Notes: generated by a model from the letters alone, not told the origin. A stretch of DNA of 64,000 bases from Bacteroidota bacterium (GCA_031412295.1 JANOCU010000008.1:100921-164920); one strand, 5' to 3'. Numbered from the stretch's first letter, positions 9,904-21,270 are shown. Made by a program: numbers and translations.

Positions 9904-10131
9904 AATTCGGGTTTCCTAAACAAAGGTAAACAAACCCAATATTCCCTAATGTTCATGAGAGTTTTACGGATTTTGCCTTTAGAGGCGATTAGGTGCGTTT
10001 AGTTCGCTTTTGTGTGAAATTGTTACTGGTTTTTTCAACGGGTTAAATGAAGGTTCATGTATCCAATTCACGCCTTTTTCATTGCTGAGATTTGCAATGG
10101 AATGGCAATGTAAAACCCTTTAAAAAAACAA

Positions 10132-11096
10132 ATGAGAGTCGCAATAAGAGAGAAGAAATTGGGTAAAGGTCGGGTGTCCTTTTACCTTGACATCTACCAC
10201 AACAAAACAAGGTGGTACGAATTCTTAGAAATCAGAATCAACAAAAGCCACCCGATAGAACAGGACAAGGAAAAGAAAAGGTTAGCAACTGAAATTCGCT
10301 CGAAGCGTGAAAGTGAATTGATAGTTCAAGACAACGGGCTATTGGATCGTAACAAAAGTAAAGCGGATTTTGTAAAGTGGTTTGCACAGTACATAAAAAC
10401 CAAGAACAATTTTTCGCGAAACAATTCTACCTGGGGCATCTGCAAACTTATATGGGTAAGCGACCTTTGTTGTTTACTTCTATAACACCCGTTTGGATAA
10501 AAGGGGTTACGAATTATCTGTTAGGCAAGGTCACTAACAATACGACACGCTGCTACCTGATGGATATGTTTAATGGACTGGAAGATGCCGTAATGCAGGA
10601 GATTATTCATGTTAACCCGTTCAGAAAAATTCCGCAGCACGACAGGATACGAAAGCAGGACATTTTCCGGCAGGCTTTCACACTGGAAGAACTGGAGCAT
10701 TTAATAAATACGCCTTGCAAAATCCATCCGCAGGTAAAACAGGCTTATATATTTTCCTGCTTTACAGGTTTACGTTGGAGTGATGTGAATTGCTTGCGTT
10801 GGTCGGAGATCATTACAACGCAGCTTAAAGGGAAAAAGGAGTACTTCATTTATTTTGAACAAGAAAAGACAGAGGATATAGAGTATATGCCACTGTCTGA
10901 TCAGGCTGTAGAAATCATTAAAGAGCGGGAAACCGCCTCAACGGATGAACCGAACAGCATATAAGTATTCCCATGTATTAAGGAACGTGACGAAAAGAAT
11001 AAGGCGACCCACAAAAGGGTTAATTACGCGCTGAAAAAGTGGGCTAAGGCCGCAGAACTTACACCTATTACTTTCCAAAATGGCAAAGCAATTACA
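10132..11096 (+). pseudogene. Tyrosine recombinase / phage-type integrase, inactivated
   Basis: The N-terminus MRVAIREKKLGKGRVSFYLDIYHNKTRWYEF is typical of Bacteroidota integrases. There is a frameshift between ORFs 10132..10485 and 10377..10964. The catalytic-Arg region TGLRWSDV is present. An in-frame TAA lies at 10962-10964, after which the reading continues as VFPCIKERDEKNKATHKRVNYALKKWAKAAELTPITFQNGKAIT. The H-x-x-R and Tyr boxes are missing. Confidence 0.8.
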
Positions 11097-11394
11097 TGAT
11101 AACGAAATTATATTTCGTTTAAGCCCTGAACGTAAGGCTGAACTTATGGCTGTTCGGTTTATGATAGGAAATTCTGTGCCGAAGAAAAGTTTTAGCCAAT
11201 TGAAATTTGGTGATGGTATCAGGGAGGAGGTTGAGGCGGAATTTTATAAAAACGAGAATAAATAGTTGAGTATTTATTTGAACTCCCTTAAGATTCGTTT
11301 TACAGCTCCAATTCTGTTGTAAAAAAATGCCGAAGGATAACACTCCTTAAACTTTTCTTTGCTTTAAAAAATATTTAATAATTAACGATTATTT

Positions 11395-13695
11395 TCATTC
11401 GCTTCTATACTCTTCTGCATCAATAACAGCAATAGCTACCATATTAACAATCTCCCTAACCGAGCAACCAAGCTGTAATATGTGAACAGGTTTTTTAAGT
11501 CCAAGCAGAACTGGGCCGATTGCTTCCAATTTACCAATTTCCATCATTAACTTATAAGCAATATTGCCGGAATTAAGATCAGGAAAAATTAGTGTGTTAA
11601 CTTTTTGATCCACCAAATCCGAAAATGGAAATTGCTCTTTTAACAAAGCATTGTTAAGCGCGAAATTTGCCTGCATTTCTCCGTCTACAATTAATCCGGG
11701 ATAATTTTTATGAAGTATTTCTACTGCGTCACTAACCTTATTTGTTTGTTCTCCTTGCGCTGAACCAAAATTGGAATAGGATAGCATAGCAACTCGTGGA
11801 GTAATGCCGAATCGTTTAACTGCGTTCGCCGCAAGCACTGTTATGTCTGCCAGTTCTTCCGCTGTTGGATTTACATTCATAGTGGTATCAGCAAAAAAGA
11901 ATGGTCCTTGTTTCGTCATCAGGACATACATCCCTGCTGCGCGTTTAATTCCTTCTTGCATGCCGATAATCTGTAATGCCGGACGAATGGGGTCAGCATA
12001 TTTTCTTGTGATACCGGAGATCATTGCATCCGCCTCTCCTGTTTCCACCATCATTGCTCCGAAATGATTTCTGTCACGCATGATCTGTCTTGCCTCATAC
12101 AATGTGTACCCTCTTCTTTTGCGTTTTTTGAAAAATAATTCTGAAAATGAGTTTAATCTATATTTTTGTTCCGAACTGCGGGGATCAATAATCGGAACAC
12201 CATCAAGATTAAGATTATATTCTTTAATCAACTGCGCTATTCTTTCTGCATTCCCGAGTAGAATTGGTTGTGCAATGCCTTCTTCAACAACTTCCTGAGC
12301 AGCCTTCAGGATTTTATAATGATCTGCTTCTGCAAAAACGACACGTTTGGGGTGTTGTTTGGCTTTTACGGTAATGAACCGAATGAATTTATTATCAATA
12401 CCAAGTCGTGTGATCAACTCATTTGTATAGCCATCCCAATCGTTGATTTTAATTTGCGCAACACCGGAATCAATCGCTGCTTTTGCAACGGCAGGAGAAA
12501 CTGTATAGATTAATCGGGGATCAATAGGTTTAGGAATAATATAATCTTTACCGAAAGAAAGATTCCGTGAACTGTATGCAACATTTACTGAATCAGGAAC
12601 AGGCTCTTTTGCTAAAGCAGCTATTGCATACACAGCTGCCAATTTCATTTCTTCATTAATTTTGGTTGCTCTGACATCTAATGCGCCACGAAAAATGTAG
12701 GGAAATCCCAGCACATTATTAACTTGATTCGGAGTGTCGCTTCTTCCGGTGGCGATAATTATATCCTCTCTTGAAGCGAGAGCTTCTTCGTAGGAAATTT
12801 CCGGATCAGGGTTAGCAAGCGCGAAAACGATTGCATTCTTTGCCATGCTTCTGATCATTTCAGCATTGAGAACATTGCCTTTTGACAGGCCAACAAAAAC
12901 GTCTGCGTTTTTCATCGCATCTTCGAGATTCCGGGCTTTCGTTTTTATTGCAAAGAAGCTTTTATTTTCGTCAAGATCATTCCGGTCTGTTGAAAGCGTT
13001 CCTTTGCTATCCAACATTAATATGTTTTCTTTTTTAGCTCCTACACTGATGTAAAGTTTTGAGCAAGAAATGGCGGCTGCACCAGCTCCGTTAACAACAA
13101 TTTTTACTTTTGAAATCTCTTTCCCTGAAATTTCACAAGCGTTAAGTAATGCTGCAGTAGAAATAATTGCAGTCCCATGTTGATCATCGTGCATTAAAGG
13201 AATATTGAGTTCCTTTTTCAATCTTTTTTCAATTTCAAAACATTCAGGTGATTTTATATCCTCAAGGTTTATCCCGCCAAAAGTAGGTGCAATTGCTTTT
13301 ACGGTTTTTACAAACGTGTCAATATCTGATGCATCAACTTCAATATCAAAAACATCTATATCAGCATAAATTTTAAATAGCAATCCTTTCCCTTCCATTA
13401 CAGGTTTCGAAGCAAGAGGGCCAATATTCCCTAAGCCTAAGACGGCTGTTCCATTTGTTATAACTGCTACAAGGTTCGCTTTAGCAGTGTACTTATAGAC
13501 ATCATCCGGATTTTTCTCAATTTCAAGACAAGGTTCAGCAACTCCTGGAGAATATGCAAGAGCAAGATCACGCTGTGTGCTATATGGTTTTGTGGGTACA
13601 ACTTCTATTTTTCCAGGTTTACCTTTGGAATGATAATCTAATGCATCTTGTTTATTTGACTTTTTCATTTTTTGTTTTTTTTGCATCAGGATCAT
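11395..13695 (-). CDS. maeB: NADP-dependent malic enzyme (malic enzyme fused to a phosphate acetyltransferase-like domain)
   Basis: 766 aa. The N-terminal half matches malic enzyme ([30 protein letters not shown]) and the C-terminal half is PTA-like. The true start may be an internal Met at about 13668. Confidence 0.9.
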   Translation of the reverse strand: MILMQKKQKMKKSNKQDALDYHSKGKPGKIEVVPTKPYSTQRDLALAYSPGVAEPCLEIEKNPDDVYKYTAKANLVAVITNGTAVLGLGNIGPLASKPVMEGKGLLFKIYADIDVFDIEVDASDIDTFVKTVKAIAPTFGGINLEDIKSPECFEIEKRLKKELNIPLMHDDQHGTAIISTAALLNACEISGKEISKVKIVVNGAGAAAISCSKLYISVGAKKENILMLDSKGTLSTDRNDLDENKSFFAIKTKARNLEDAMKNADVFVGLSKGNVLNAEMIRSMAKNAIVFALANPDPEISYEEALASREDIIIATGRSDTPNQVNNVLGFPYIFRGALDVRATKINEEMKLAAVYAIAALAKEPVPDSVNVAYSSRNLSFGKDYIIPKPIDPRLIYTVSPAVAKAAIDSGVAQIKINDWDGYTNELITRLGIDNKFIRFITVKAKQHPKRVVFAEADHYKILKAAQEVVEEGIAQPILLGNAERIAQLIKEYNLNLDGVPIIDPRSSEQKYRLNSFSELFFKKRKRRGYTLYEARQIMRDRNHFGAMMVETGEADAMISGITRKYADPIRPALQIIGMQEGIKRAAGMYVLMTKQGPFFFADTTMNVNPTAEELADITVLAANAVKRFGITPRVAMLSYSNFGSAQGEQTNKVSDAVEILHKNYPGLIVDGEMQANFALNNALLKEQFPFSDLVDQKVNTLIFPDLNSGNIAYKLMMEIGKLEAIGPVLLGLKKPVHILQLGCSVREIVNMVAIAVIDAEEYRSE

Positions 13696-14047
13696 AACTC
13701 ACGAAAATATTGATCCATATTGCTCTGCTGTATCTCATGATTACAGGTTGTAATCCGAATATGTAAATTGCCATTATAAAAGCCATCCAGTCAATAGAAA
13801 TTAGAAAAATAAAATCCATAATTAAATAAAATGGAATTGCAATCAAAACGATGATCGGGAAACTGATCCATAACGCGCCGCTGTAAAATCCAGGCTCTAC
13901 TTCAAAATTCTGGTTGCAGACAGAACATTGCTTTGGCATTGTCAGCATGTTTTTGAAATTGTAAGCATTTTTGCTGACAAACAAATCTCCTTCCTGACAT
14001 CGAGGACATTTTAGATGGAGTATGCTGTATGTTTTAGTTCCTTTCAT
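13652..14047 (-). CDS. DUF983 family membrane protein
   Basis: 131 aa. Zinc-ribbon pairs CPRC ... CSVC are followed by EPGFYSGALWISF and two TM helices, the pattern I recall for DUF983. Confidence 0.65.
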   Translation of the reverse strand: MKGTKTYSILHLKCPRCQEGDLFVSKNAYNFKNMLTMPKQCSVCNQNFEVEPGFYSGALWISFPIIVLIAIPFYLIMDFIFLISIDWMAFIMAIYIFGLQPVIMRYSRAIWINIFVSYDPDAKKTKNEKVK

Positions 14048-14305
14048 TTCAATAATTTAAGTTATATACTATTCTCCTTTTTAATTTTGAACCAAAATTT
14101 TTAAAATCCATATTACGTTCAATTTATCAATCGGATGAGTAGGCCAAATTTTAACCATCCAGTGATCGTGATAATATTTTTCACTTTGCATTTTATCGTT
14201 TGAATAAGGTATGCTATTTCTTTCTAAAGGAAAAATACCCATCCGAGAATTGACAGCACTATTAATAATAAATATTGCCAGACATCAGGAAAGTGAATGA
14301 GGTAT

Positions 14306-15433
14306 TTAGTGTAGAACTTTCGAAACCGATTTTTCATTTTGAATTTCTATTTTGGGTTTAATAAAAGGAGGATTAACTATTTTGGCCTTTAATTCTTTAT
14401 TACGTATCTCAATGAATATTTCACTTCCTTCTTTTGCAAAACGTGTTTCGACATACCACATTCCGATTCCCTTGTGTAGTGATGGGGATTGAGTGCCGGA
14501 AGTAACAACTCCTATCTTATTCCCTTTACCATCTGTAACAGGATAATCATGACGCGGAACTGCGTGATCAATCATTTCAAATCCAACAAGTTTTTTCGCT
14601 ATTCCTTTTTCTTTTTGCTTTGATAAAAGATCGGAAGCCGTAAATAATTTATTGAATTTTGTTATCCAACCTAAACCTGCTTCCAGCGGACTTGTTGCAT
14701 CGTTAATGTCATTGCCATACAAACAATACCCCATTTCCAATCTAAGTGTATCACGCGCACCCTGACCGATAGGTTTAATGTCCATTTCTTTACCAGCTTC
14801 GAAAATTACGTTCCAAATTGTTTTTACATTGGCACTTTTACAATAAATTTCAAAACCACCTGAACCTGTATAACCAGTTGCAGAAATTATGACATCTTGT
14901 ATTCCTGCAAATCGGGTTTTCTGAAACGTGTAATATGGAATTAAATCCAGTTGTATATATGACAGCTTTTGCAGGGCAGAAATTGCCATAGGCCCCTGAA
15001 CAGCTAACAATGAAGTTTGTTCTGAAATATTTTCAAGAAGGGCACCAACTGTATTCTGTTTTGTTATCCAATTCCAATCTTTTTCAATATTCGAAGCATT
15101 TACAACCAACATATATTCGTACAGATTAATGCGGTAAACAAGCAGATCATCTACAATACCGCCTTTTTCATTTGTCATGCATGAGTACTGTACTTTCCCA
15201 TCAGTAAGTTTTGAAGCATCATTGCTTGTCACTTTCTGAATTAAATCCAATGCATATAAACCCTTAACCAGAAATTCTCCCATGTGAGATACATCAAAAA
15301 CGCCAACACCCTTTCGCACTGTTTCGTGTTCAATGTTGATGCCTTCATACTGAACGTGCATATTATATCCTGCAAATGGAACCATCTTCGCACCGAGTGT
15401 GATGTGAATGTCATTGAGTGCTGTCTTTTTCAT
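14306..15433 (-). CDS. gcvT: Glycine cleavage system aminomethyltransferase T
   Basis: 375 aa with full-length resemblance to GcvT ([13 protein letters not shown]..., [11 protein letters not shown]). Confidence 0.9.
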   Translation of the reverse strand: MKKTALNDIHITLGAKMVPFAGYNMHVQYEGINIEHETVRKGVGVFDVSHMGEFLVKGLYALDLIQKVTSNDASKLTDGKVQYSCMTNEKGGIVDDLLVYRINLYEYMLVVNASNIEKDWNWITKQNTVGALLENISEQTSLLAVQGPMAISALQKLSYIQLDLIPYYTFQKTRFAGIQDVIISATGYTGSGGFEIYCKSANVKTIWNVIFEAGKEMDIKPIGQGARDTLRLEMGYCLYGNDINDATSPLEAGLGWITKFNKLFTASDLLSKQKEKGIAKKLVGFEMIDHAVPRHDYPVTDGKGNKIGVVTSGTQSPSLHKGIGMWYVETRFAKEGSEIFIEIRNKELKAKIVNPPFIKPKIEIQNEKSVSKVLH

Positions 15434-15443
15434 TGGAATTATT

Positions 15444-17114
15444 TTAGCTGATAATTTCTTTAGCTCTTATTAGTGCTTGTTCAAAGTGCGGGTGAACGTT
15501 GGTTTCCCCTAATTCGTGAAGTAGTCCCGATTTTTTCATTTCATCCAGTACGGCAGGTTGAACTCCTGAAAGAATAAACTTAGTATTGAGTTTGTCCGAT
15601 TGTTTGAAAACTTCTTCAAGTGCATGCAAACCCGTAGCATCAATGACAGGAACGAAACGCATTCGAATAATCAGAACTTTAGGAGGATTTTCTATGTACT
15701 GCATCGACTCTTTGAATTTGTATGCAGCTCCGAAGAAGAATGGCCCTGTTATTTCAAATACTTCAATGCCAATTGGTATGGAATATTTTTCCGTAGCATT
15801 CGGATCATCCTTTGGTTCTGTGTCGTTCATCTCCTTTGTAACAATGCCAACATTGCTTATTTGGGACATTCTCCTCATAAATAAAAATGCCGCCAGTACC
15901 ATTCCTACTTCAATAGCAATGGTAAGATCAACCAATACAGTCAGAAAAAATGTCACAAGTAAAACGACCACATCACTTCGTGGGCCACGTAGCATGGAGG
16001 TGAAAGATTTATATTCACTCATGTTGAAAGCAACAACGACAAGGATTCCTGCCAGGCACGAAAGAGGAATCAATGTGGCCCACTTTCCTACAAAAAGCAT
16101 GATGAGTAACAACACCACGGCATGTGTAATACCTGCAATTGGTGTACGACCGCCATTTTTGACATTTGTTGCAGTACGGGCAATTGCTCCAGTTGCAGGG
16201 ATACCACCAAAAATGGATGAAAAAATATTTGCTGCTCCTTGCGCAACTAATTCAATATTTGATTTGTGATTTCCACCAATCATCCCATCTGAAACTACAG
16301 CTGAGAGAAGTGATTCAATACCTCCGAGAAGTGCAATCGTAAAAGCGGGTGCAATAAGATCTTTAATTGTCGCAAAGTCGAAATGTGGAATTACAGGTGA
16401 TGGAAGCGATGAAGGGATAGCACCAAAACGGCTTCCAATCGTTTCTACATGAAGATGAAAAATCTGAACAATGACTGTTGCCAAAAGAATTGCAACGAGC
16501 GATCCGGGAATTCTGCGGGTAATTTTCGAAAAACCCATGGTCAGGATGATCGTACCAATTCCTATTCCCATTGCAAAAATGTTAACAGATTGGAAATTGA
16601 TGAAATAGTCTGACCATTTATTGATAAACTCTGGTGGGACTGTGCCCATCTGAAGTCCGAATAAATCTTTTATCTGCGAAGAAAAAATGATTAACGCAAT
16701 TCCGCTTGTAAAACCGACTATGAGTGGATGCGGAATAAATTTTATCACAGAACCTAACCGGGCAAATCCCATGACGATAAGCATAAGCCCCGCAATAAAT
16801 GTAGCAATCGTCAATCCATCGACACCATATTTTTGAACGATTCCATAAACGATTACGATAAAAGCACCGGTTGGCCCACCAATTTGTACGCGACTTCCAC
16901 CAAATACGGAAATAATAAATCCGGCAATAATTGCAGTGAAAATCCCCTTTTCAGGAGACACGCCGGATGCAATGGCGAATGCAATGGCCAGCGGAAGTGC
17001 AACAATCCCAACAACAATTCCGGCTATGAGATCTGCTCTGAATTGTTTAGCGGAATAATTTTTGAGGGTGCTGAAAATTTTGGGTTTATACATTCTTATT
17101 TTTAGATTGATCAT
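15444..17114 (-). CDS. SulP family inorganic anion transporter with C-terminal STAS domain
   Basis: 556 aa and polytopic ([27 protein letters not shown]). It has a C-terminal STAS-like region. Only 10 bp separate it from gcvT. Confidence 0.9.
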   Translation of the reverse strand: MINLKIRMYKPKIFSTLKNYSAKQFRADLIAGIVVGIVALPLAIAFAIASGVSPEKGIFTAIIAGFIISVFGGSRVQIGGPTGAFIVIVYGIVQKYGVDGLTIATFIAGLMLIVMGFARLGSVIKFIPHPLIVGFTSGIALIIFSSQIKDLFGLQMGTVPPEFINKWSDYFINFQSVNIFAMGIGIGTIILTMGFSKITRRIPGSLVAILLATVIVQIFHLHVETIGSRFGAIPSSLPSPVIPHFDFATIKDLIAPAFTIALLGGIESLLSAVVSDGMIGGNHKSNIELVAQGAANIFSSIFGGIPATGAIARTATNVKNGGRTPIAGITHAVVLLLIMLFVGKWATLIPLSCLAGILVVVAFNMSEYKSFTSMLRGPRSDVVVLLVTFFLTVLVDLTIAIEVGMVLAAFLFMRRMSQISNVGIVTKEMNDTEPKDDPNATEKYSIPIGIEVFEITGPFFFGAAYKFKESMQYIENPPKVLIIRMRFVPVIDATGLHALEEVFKQSDKLNTKFILSGVQPAVLDEMKKSGLLHELGETNVHPHFEQALIRAKEIIS

Positions 17115-17117
17115 GTT

Positions 17118-17399
17118 TTATTCTATCCAATCAAATGCACCTTGTTTTTCTACAAAAGGAAATGGAGTGTGAACTTTTATATTTCTACTTGCCGTTAATA
17201 ATGGCGTTGCGATAAATCCGGATTTTGCATACACTATAAAATATTTGTCAATTTCAATTTGTGGGAAATGATACAAATGAGAATATCCTTCCAATTCTGA
17301 AAAGTTGTTTCTTAATATATCCGGTTCTTTTTCTTGTTGTGTCGTCCTGGCCGATTTGCTGAAAATTAATATTCGTTTTTCTTCAAGAAGACTTTCCAA
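17118..17399 (-). CDS. Hypothetical protein
   Basis: 93-aa ORF lying 3 bp upstream of the SulP gene. No family recognised, and it may belong to the decayed carbonic anhydrase region. Confidence 0.3.
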   Translation of the reverse strand: MESLLEEKRILIFSKSARTTQQEKEPDILRNNFSELEGYSHLYHFPQIEIDKYFIVYAKSGFIATPLLTASRNIKVHTPFPFVEKQGAFDWIE

Positions 17400-17493
17400 G
17401 GATTTAATAAATCGTTTTTCATGAATTGTCTTGGTAAATAATCTTCCACACTAACATCCATTATGATCAAATCAACGTGCTCATTACTTCCAT

Positions 17494-17856
17494 TCACATA
17501 ATCATATTTCTTGCCGTGCGAATTACAAACAGATCGCCAAAACCCTGATCAAAAATCAATTGGGGTGGGACGCGTGAATCAGAACAGCACACGACTACCG
17601 CAAAAGAGTTTTGTACCCCTGATAATGATGCACGCAAATCAAATGATTCGTTGGGATGCAATTGCCTGTTTTCCTGAAATCTCTTATTGCCTTCAATAAG
17701 TCGGGTGAGCGGATTTTCTGATTGTGTAAGTTTCTTAGGATAATTTAAAAAAACAATGCATGCAGTTGCTATGATCCCGATTATGAGAATTCCAATGAAA
17801 TATTTGATTAAAAAAATTTTCTTTTGCATTTTTTCTCTAACAGTATCAGAATTCAT
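17494..17856 (-). pseudogene. Beta-carbonic anhydrase, N-terminal fragment (truncated / frameshifted)
   Basis: An N-terminal TM/signal is followed by LIEGNKRFQEN and VVVCCSDSRVPPQLIFDQGFGDLFVIRTA, matching the first zinc-ligand region of beta-CA. The ORF stops right after this. A shifted frame reads VNGSNEHVDLIIMD (a possible remnant of the GS.EY...L.V.LIVV.GH block), but the H..C ligand pair is absent. Confidence 0.5.
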
Positions 17857-18062
17857 TTTTTTAATTGGTCAATCATTTCAGTGATTTTTTCATCAACATC
17901 TGCATCATTGCCAAGATTCGAACTCAATATTCGTTCGAAATACAGACGATAAACTTCATCTTCCAAAATGTTTTGTTCTGTAACATTCGTGAATCCAAAC
18001 AATTTAAGTTTTTTTACTCCGTGCTTAATTAGCTTGGTCTTTATGTCGATAGCTTGTTTCAT
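17853..18062 (-). CDS. Hypothetical small protein
   Basis: 69-aa ORF with a 4-bp ATGA overlap with the downstream ORF. No family recognised. Confidence 0.4.
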   Translation of the reverse strand: MKQAIDIKTKLIKHGVKKLKLFGFTNVTEQNILEDEVYRLYFERILSSNLGNDADVDEKITEMIDQLKK

Positions 18063-18076
18063 TTTTTTTTAATGAT

Positions 18077-18682
18077 TTATGCTGTCTTCTTCCAGAACTT
18101 CAATATTCCATCATAAGCAGCAAATTGTAACTCGTAATTACTCGGCACTTCAGTAAATAAAGTCCAATAGGTAACAAGGCGTGTTCCAATCGGCTTTTTT
18201 GAAAGTTCAACATTTAAATAATCAGTATAGTGTGCATAATATTTTTCACCTGTTTCAACTTGGTTGTCAATTCGTGCATTCTGATCAATATTTTCATGAA
18301 AGGAATTATAGAAATAAAAAGATTGAAACGACGAAAAATCTACTTCTGTGATGTTCGCGTGAAGAAAATGTACATTATGTATTTCATTTGTTTTGGCTAA
18401 CTCCTTTGACAGATCAACAAGATTTTCTCTCTGCTCAACTCCAGTGAAATGACCTTGGGTGGAAGTTGCCCCAACAAAACAAAATTTACCTGCACCTGAA
18501 CCAATATCTAAAACTTTAGCACCGGGGAAAGGAACAAGAAAATCAGCCGCCTTTTTAGCTACCTCAACTGGTGTCCAGTGTCTTTTTGCGAGAAGCCGGA
18601 TTTCCAGGGGATAAATCTGGTTGAAATCATCATCGCCCAACTCAATATTTAATTTCAGATATTTGAAAACAGTTTCAGTCAT
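18077..18682 (-). CDS. Class I SAM-dependent methyltransferase
   Basis: 201 aa with SAM-binding motif I, VLDIGSGAGKF. Confidence 0.7.
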   Translation of the reverse strand: MTETVFKYLKLNIELGDDDFNQIYPLEIRLLAKRHWTPVEVAKKAADFLVPFPGAKVLDIGSGAGKFCFVGATSTQGHFTGVEQRENLVDLSKELAKTNEIHNVHFLHANITEVDFSSFQSFYFYNSFHENIDQNARIDNQVETGEKYYAHYTDYLNVELSKKPIGTRLVTYWTLFTEVPSNYELQFAAYDGILKFWKKTA

Positions 18683-18695
18683 GGTTATTTTCTTG

Positions 18696-19100
18696 TCAAA
18701 CGTTTTCAGAATAGAGTATGGCTTTCACATATTCTTTGGAGGATAAGAAAAACGGTAATTCGGAAATCTCTTTTTCCTTTAACGAAATAACAGCAATCCA
18801 ATAATTATATGGATCGACATTTATTAGAAACGGATTTTGAATAATTTCCTGGTTGGTAATCAATACTCTTCCATTAAAGGGCATCAAGAGTTCGATAGAT
18901 TTGTTTGAACCATAAAGAAGTCCAAAAGATTCTTCCGTTTCCCTTTTTTTCCCTTCAGGCAAAAGTTCGATCATTCCAATTCTTCCTGATTCCTTTTGAG
19001 CATAATCCGTAACACCGACGTAAACATCCTGCTTGCCAATTGGTCTCAACCACAAGTGACGGAGTGTATAAAAATGGTTGGGTGGGAAAAACATGCTCAT
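18696..19100 (-). CDS. Divergent GcvH-like (lipoyl-domain-like) protein
   Basis: 134 aa, collinear with GcvH (HLWLRP..., VGVTDYAQKE, ...LLMPFNGRVLITNQEIIQNPFLINVDPYNYW). The lipoyl-lysine position aligns to Asn (GSNKSIE versus EAVKTVSD). Confidence 0.6.
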   Translation of the reverse strand: MSMFFPPNHFYTLRHLWLRPIGKQDVYVGVTDYAQKESGRIGMIELLPEGKKRETEESFGLLYGSNKSIELLMPFNGRVLITNQEIIQNPFLINVDPYNYWIAVISLKEKEISELPFFLSSKEYVKAILYSENV

Positions 19101-19101
19101 A

Positions 19102-19485
19102 CTAGTTAAGTCCTAATAACGCTTTATATTTTTGTGAATTGAGAAGATTGGCCGATCCTACTTTATCACTTGCCTTTATTTTAATCAGCCATCCTTCACC
19201 ATAAGGATCATTATTCATGAGTTCGGGATTCGAAATTATTTTAGGGTTGATTTCAATGATTACACCACCGAGGGGCATAAAAAGATCAGAAACCGTTTTA
19301 ACAGCTTCAATAGTTCCAAAAACCTCGTTTTGCTTCAGCGTTTCATTTACCGTTTCAATTTCTACATATAAAATATCCCCTAATTCTTTCTGCGCAAAAT
19401 CAGTTATTCCAATGAATGCGAAACCGTCAGTGATTTTCAACCATTCGTGATCTTTTGTGTAAAGGATGTTTTCTGGAAAATGCAT
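19102..19485 (-). CDS. gcvH: Glycine cleavage system protein H
   Basis: 127 aa with HEWLK, GITDFAQKELGD and the lipoylation motif IEAVKTVSD. Confidence 0.9.
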   Translation of the reverse strand: MHFPENILYTKDHEWLKITDGFAFIGITDFAQKELGDILYVEIETVNETLKQNEVFGTIEAVKTVSDLFMPLGGVIIEINPKIISNPELMNNDPYGEGWLIKIKASDKVGSANLLNSQKYKALLGLN

Positions 19486-19583
19486 AATATGATATTTGTT
19501 TTTTAGGGATCAATTAATTTAAATACGGAAATCGCATGAATGCTTTTGTTCTTTTCTAAAGATTGTGCATTGTATTTGAGGAA

Positions 19584-21203
19584 TTAAGCGATTGCCTTTT
19601 TATTAACCACAGGTTGTCCTGAAAGAATATTCTTATTTGCATATTCCTTATATCGTTCAAAATTCTCAATGAATTGAGCAGCCAGTTTGTTTGATGTATT
19701 ATCATACTTACTGGAATCTTTCCATGTATTTCTCGGATTTAAAAGCTGATCGGGAACACCAGGGCATTGATCCGGCATAAATAATCCAAAAACAGGATGA
19801 GGAGTATATGAGGCTTTTTCTAAATTCCCATCCAATACAGCTTTTATCATTGCTCGTGTGTAGGAAAGTTTTATTCGTTCACCCACCCCATATACTCCGC
19901 CTGACCAGCCGGTATTAATCAGCCAAACTTTTACTTTATGTTTATCTAATTTTTCTCCTAATAGTTCTGCGTACGTTGCAGGATGCAGTGGCAAAAATGG
20001 TTTCCCGAAACAAGCCGAAAATGTTGTTTGTGGTTCAGTAATTCCCGCTTCCGTGCCAGCCACTTTAGCTGTATAACCTGAAATGAAATGATACATTGCC
20101 TGACCAATTGTGAGTTTAGAAATCGGAGGTAATACACCAAACGCATCGCAGGTGAGGAAGAAAACATTTTCAGGTATCCCACCGATTGATGGAGTTGCTG
20201 CATTATCAATAAAATCAATTGGATAGGCCGCACGGGTATTTTCTGTTTTGACGATATTAGCATAGTCAACGACATTAGAATTGTCGTGGAAGGCTACGTT
20301 TTCAAGCAGCGTTCCAAATTTAATTGCGTCGAATATTTGCGGTTCTTTTTCTTGTGTAAGATTGACGCATTTCGCATAACAGCCACCTTCAATATTAAAA
20401 ACAGAAGTATCATCCCATCCATGTTCATCATCTCCGATTAATCTGCGATTCGGATCAGCAGATAAAGTTGTTTTACCTGTACCTGAAAGGCCAAAAAATA
20501 CTGATGTATCACCCTTCTTACCAATATTAGCAGAGCAATGCATAGACAATACTCCATGTTGATGTGGTAATAAATAATTCAGGACAGTAAAAATCCCCTT
20601 CTTGATTTCACCTGTATAGGCACTTCCTCCAATTAGAATTATTTTTTTTGTGAAATTGATTATTGTGAAATTATGCTTGCGTGTTCCGTCAATGTTATGT
20701 TTTGCATGGAAGCCGGGAACAGCAACAATCAACCATTCATGCTCAAAGTTCTCCGACTCGTTTTTTGTTGGCCGAAGAAATAAATTATTTGCAAATAAAT
20801 CCTGCCAAGGACTTTCGGTAATTACACGAATATTCAGCCGATACTTTGGTGATGCACATGCGTAAGCATCGCGAATAAAGACTTCCTTGCCAGCCAGATA
20901 TGCGCTAACGCGATGATAAAGTGCATCAAAATCTTTTGGATTGAAAGGATTGTTGACTTCTCCCCACCAAACTGATTTTTCCGTATTTGAGTCCTTTACA
21001 ATGTATTTGTCTTTTGGAGAACGTCCCGTAAATTCACCTGTATCACAAGCTAAAGCACCCGTATCGGTCAACAAACCTTGTTCACGCAGTATTGTTTCTT
21101 CTACAAGTTCAGGAACGCTCTTGTTCCAGTTGGCGATAGCTACATCTTCTAGTCCTATATTTTTCAGAATGGATTTCCTTTTGTTTTCGAGTGCAGTATT
21201 CAT
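19584..21203 (-). CDS. pckA: Phosphoenolpyruvate carboxykinase (ATP)
   Basis: 539 aa with kinase-1a motif GLSGTGKTTLS and IGDDEHGW. Confidence 0.95.
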   Translation of the reverse strand: MNTALENKRKSILKNIGLEDVAIANWNKSVPELVEETILREQGLLTDTGALACDTGEFTGRSPKDKYIVKDSNTEKSVWWGEVNNPFNPKDFDALYHRVSAYLAGKEVFIRDAYACASPKYRLNIRVITESPWQDLFANNLFLRPTKNESENFEHEWLIVAVPGFHAKHNIDGTRKHNFTIINFTKKIILIGGSAYTGEIKKGIFTVLNYLLPHQHGVLSMHCSANIGKKGDTSVFFGLSGTGKTTLSADPNRRLIGDDEHGWDDTSVFNIEGGCYAKCVNLTQEKEPQIFDAIKFGTLLENVAFHDNSNVVDYANIVKTENTRAAYPIDFIDNAATPSIGGIPENVFFLTCDAFGVLPPISKLTIGQAMYHFISGYTAKVAGTEAGITEPQTTFSACFGKPFLPLHPATYAELLGEKLDKHKVKVWLINTGWSGGVYGVGERIKLSYTRAMIKAVLDGNLEKASYTPHPVFGLFMPDQCPGVPDQLLNPRNTWKDSSKYDNTSNKLAAQFIENFERYKEYANKNILSGQPVVNKKAIA

Positions 21204-21270
21204 GAGAATTGTTTTAAACTAAAAATGATTGGCATATTTTTTTTCCGTCAATTTCACTCTTACCTTTTTA

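Noticed and set aside
9905-10131. Expected a tRNA gene as the integration target next to the integrase.
   Set aside because: No T-loop-like GGTTCGAATCC / GGATTCGAACC or cloverleaf could be found by eye here or anywhere in the window. The ggattcgaag at 1829-1838 is part of a ttcgaa word array.
11080-11265. 61-aa ORF following the integrase remnant.
   Set aside because: No recognisable family, and it overlaps the tail of the decayed integrase reading frame. The evidence is insufficient to call it a gene.
15586-16269. 227-aa plus-strand ORF inside the SulP gene. Similar long antisense ORFs occur inside pckA, the C25 gene and the LamG gene (e.g. 44623..45024).
   Set aside because: These are shadow ORFs opposite strongly supported genes. 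They have no recognisable domains.
19486-19583. Looked for a glycine riboswitch upstream of gcvH and of gcvT.
   Set aside because: The gcvH leader (98 bp) is AT-rich, and I could not see the conserved GGAGA / CACCG-type elements. gcvT has only a 10-bp upstream gap.
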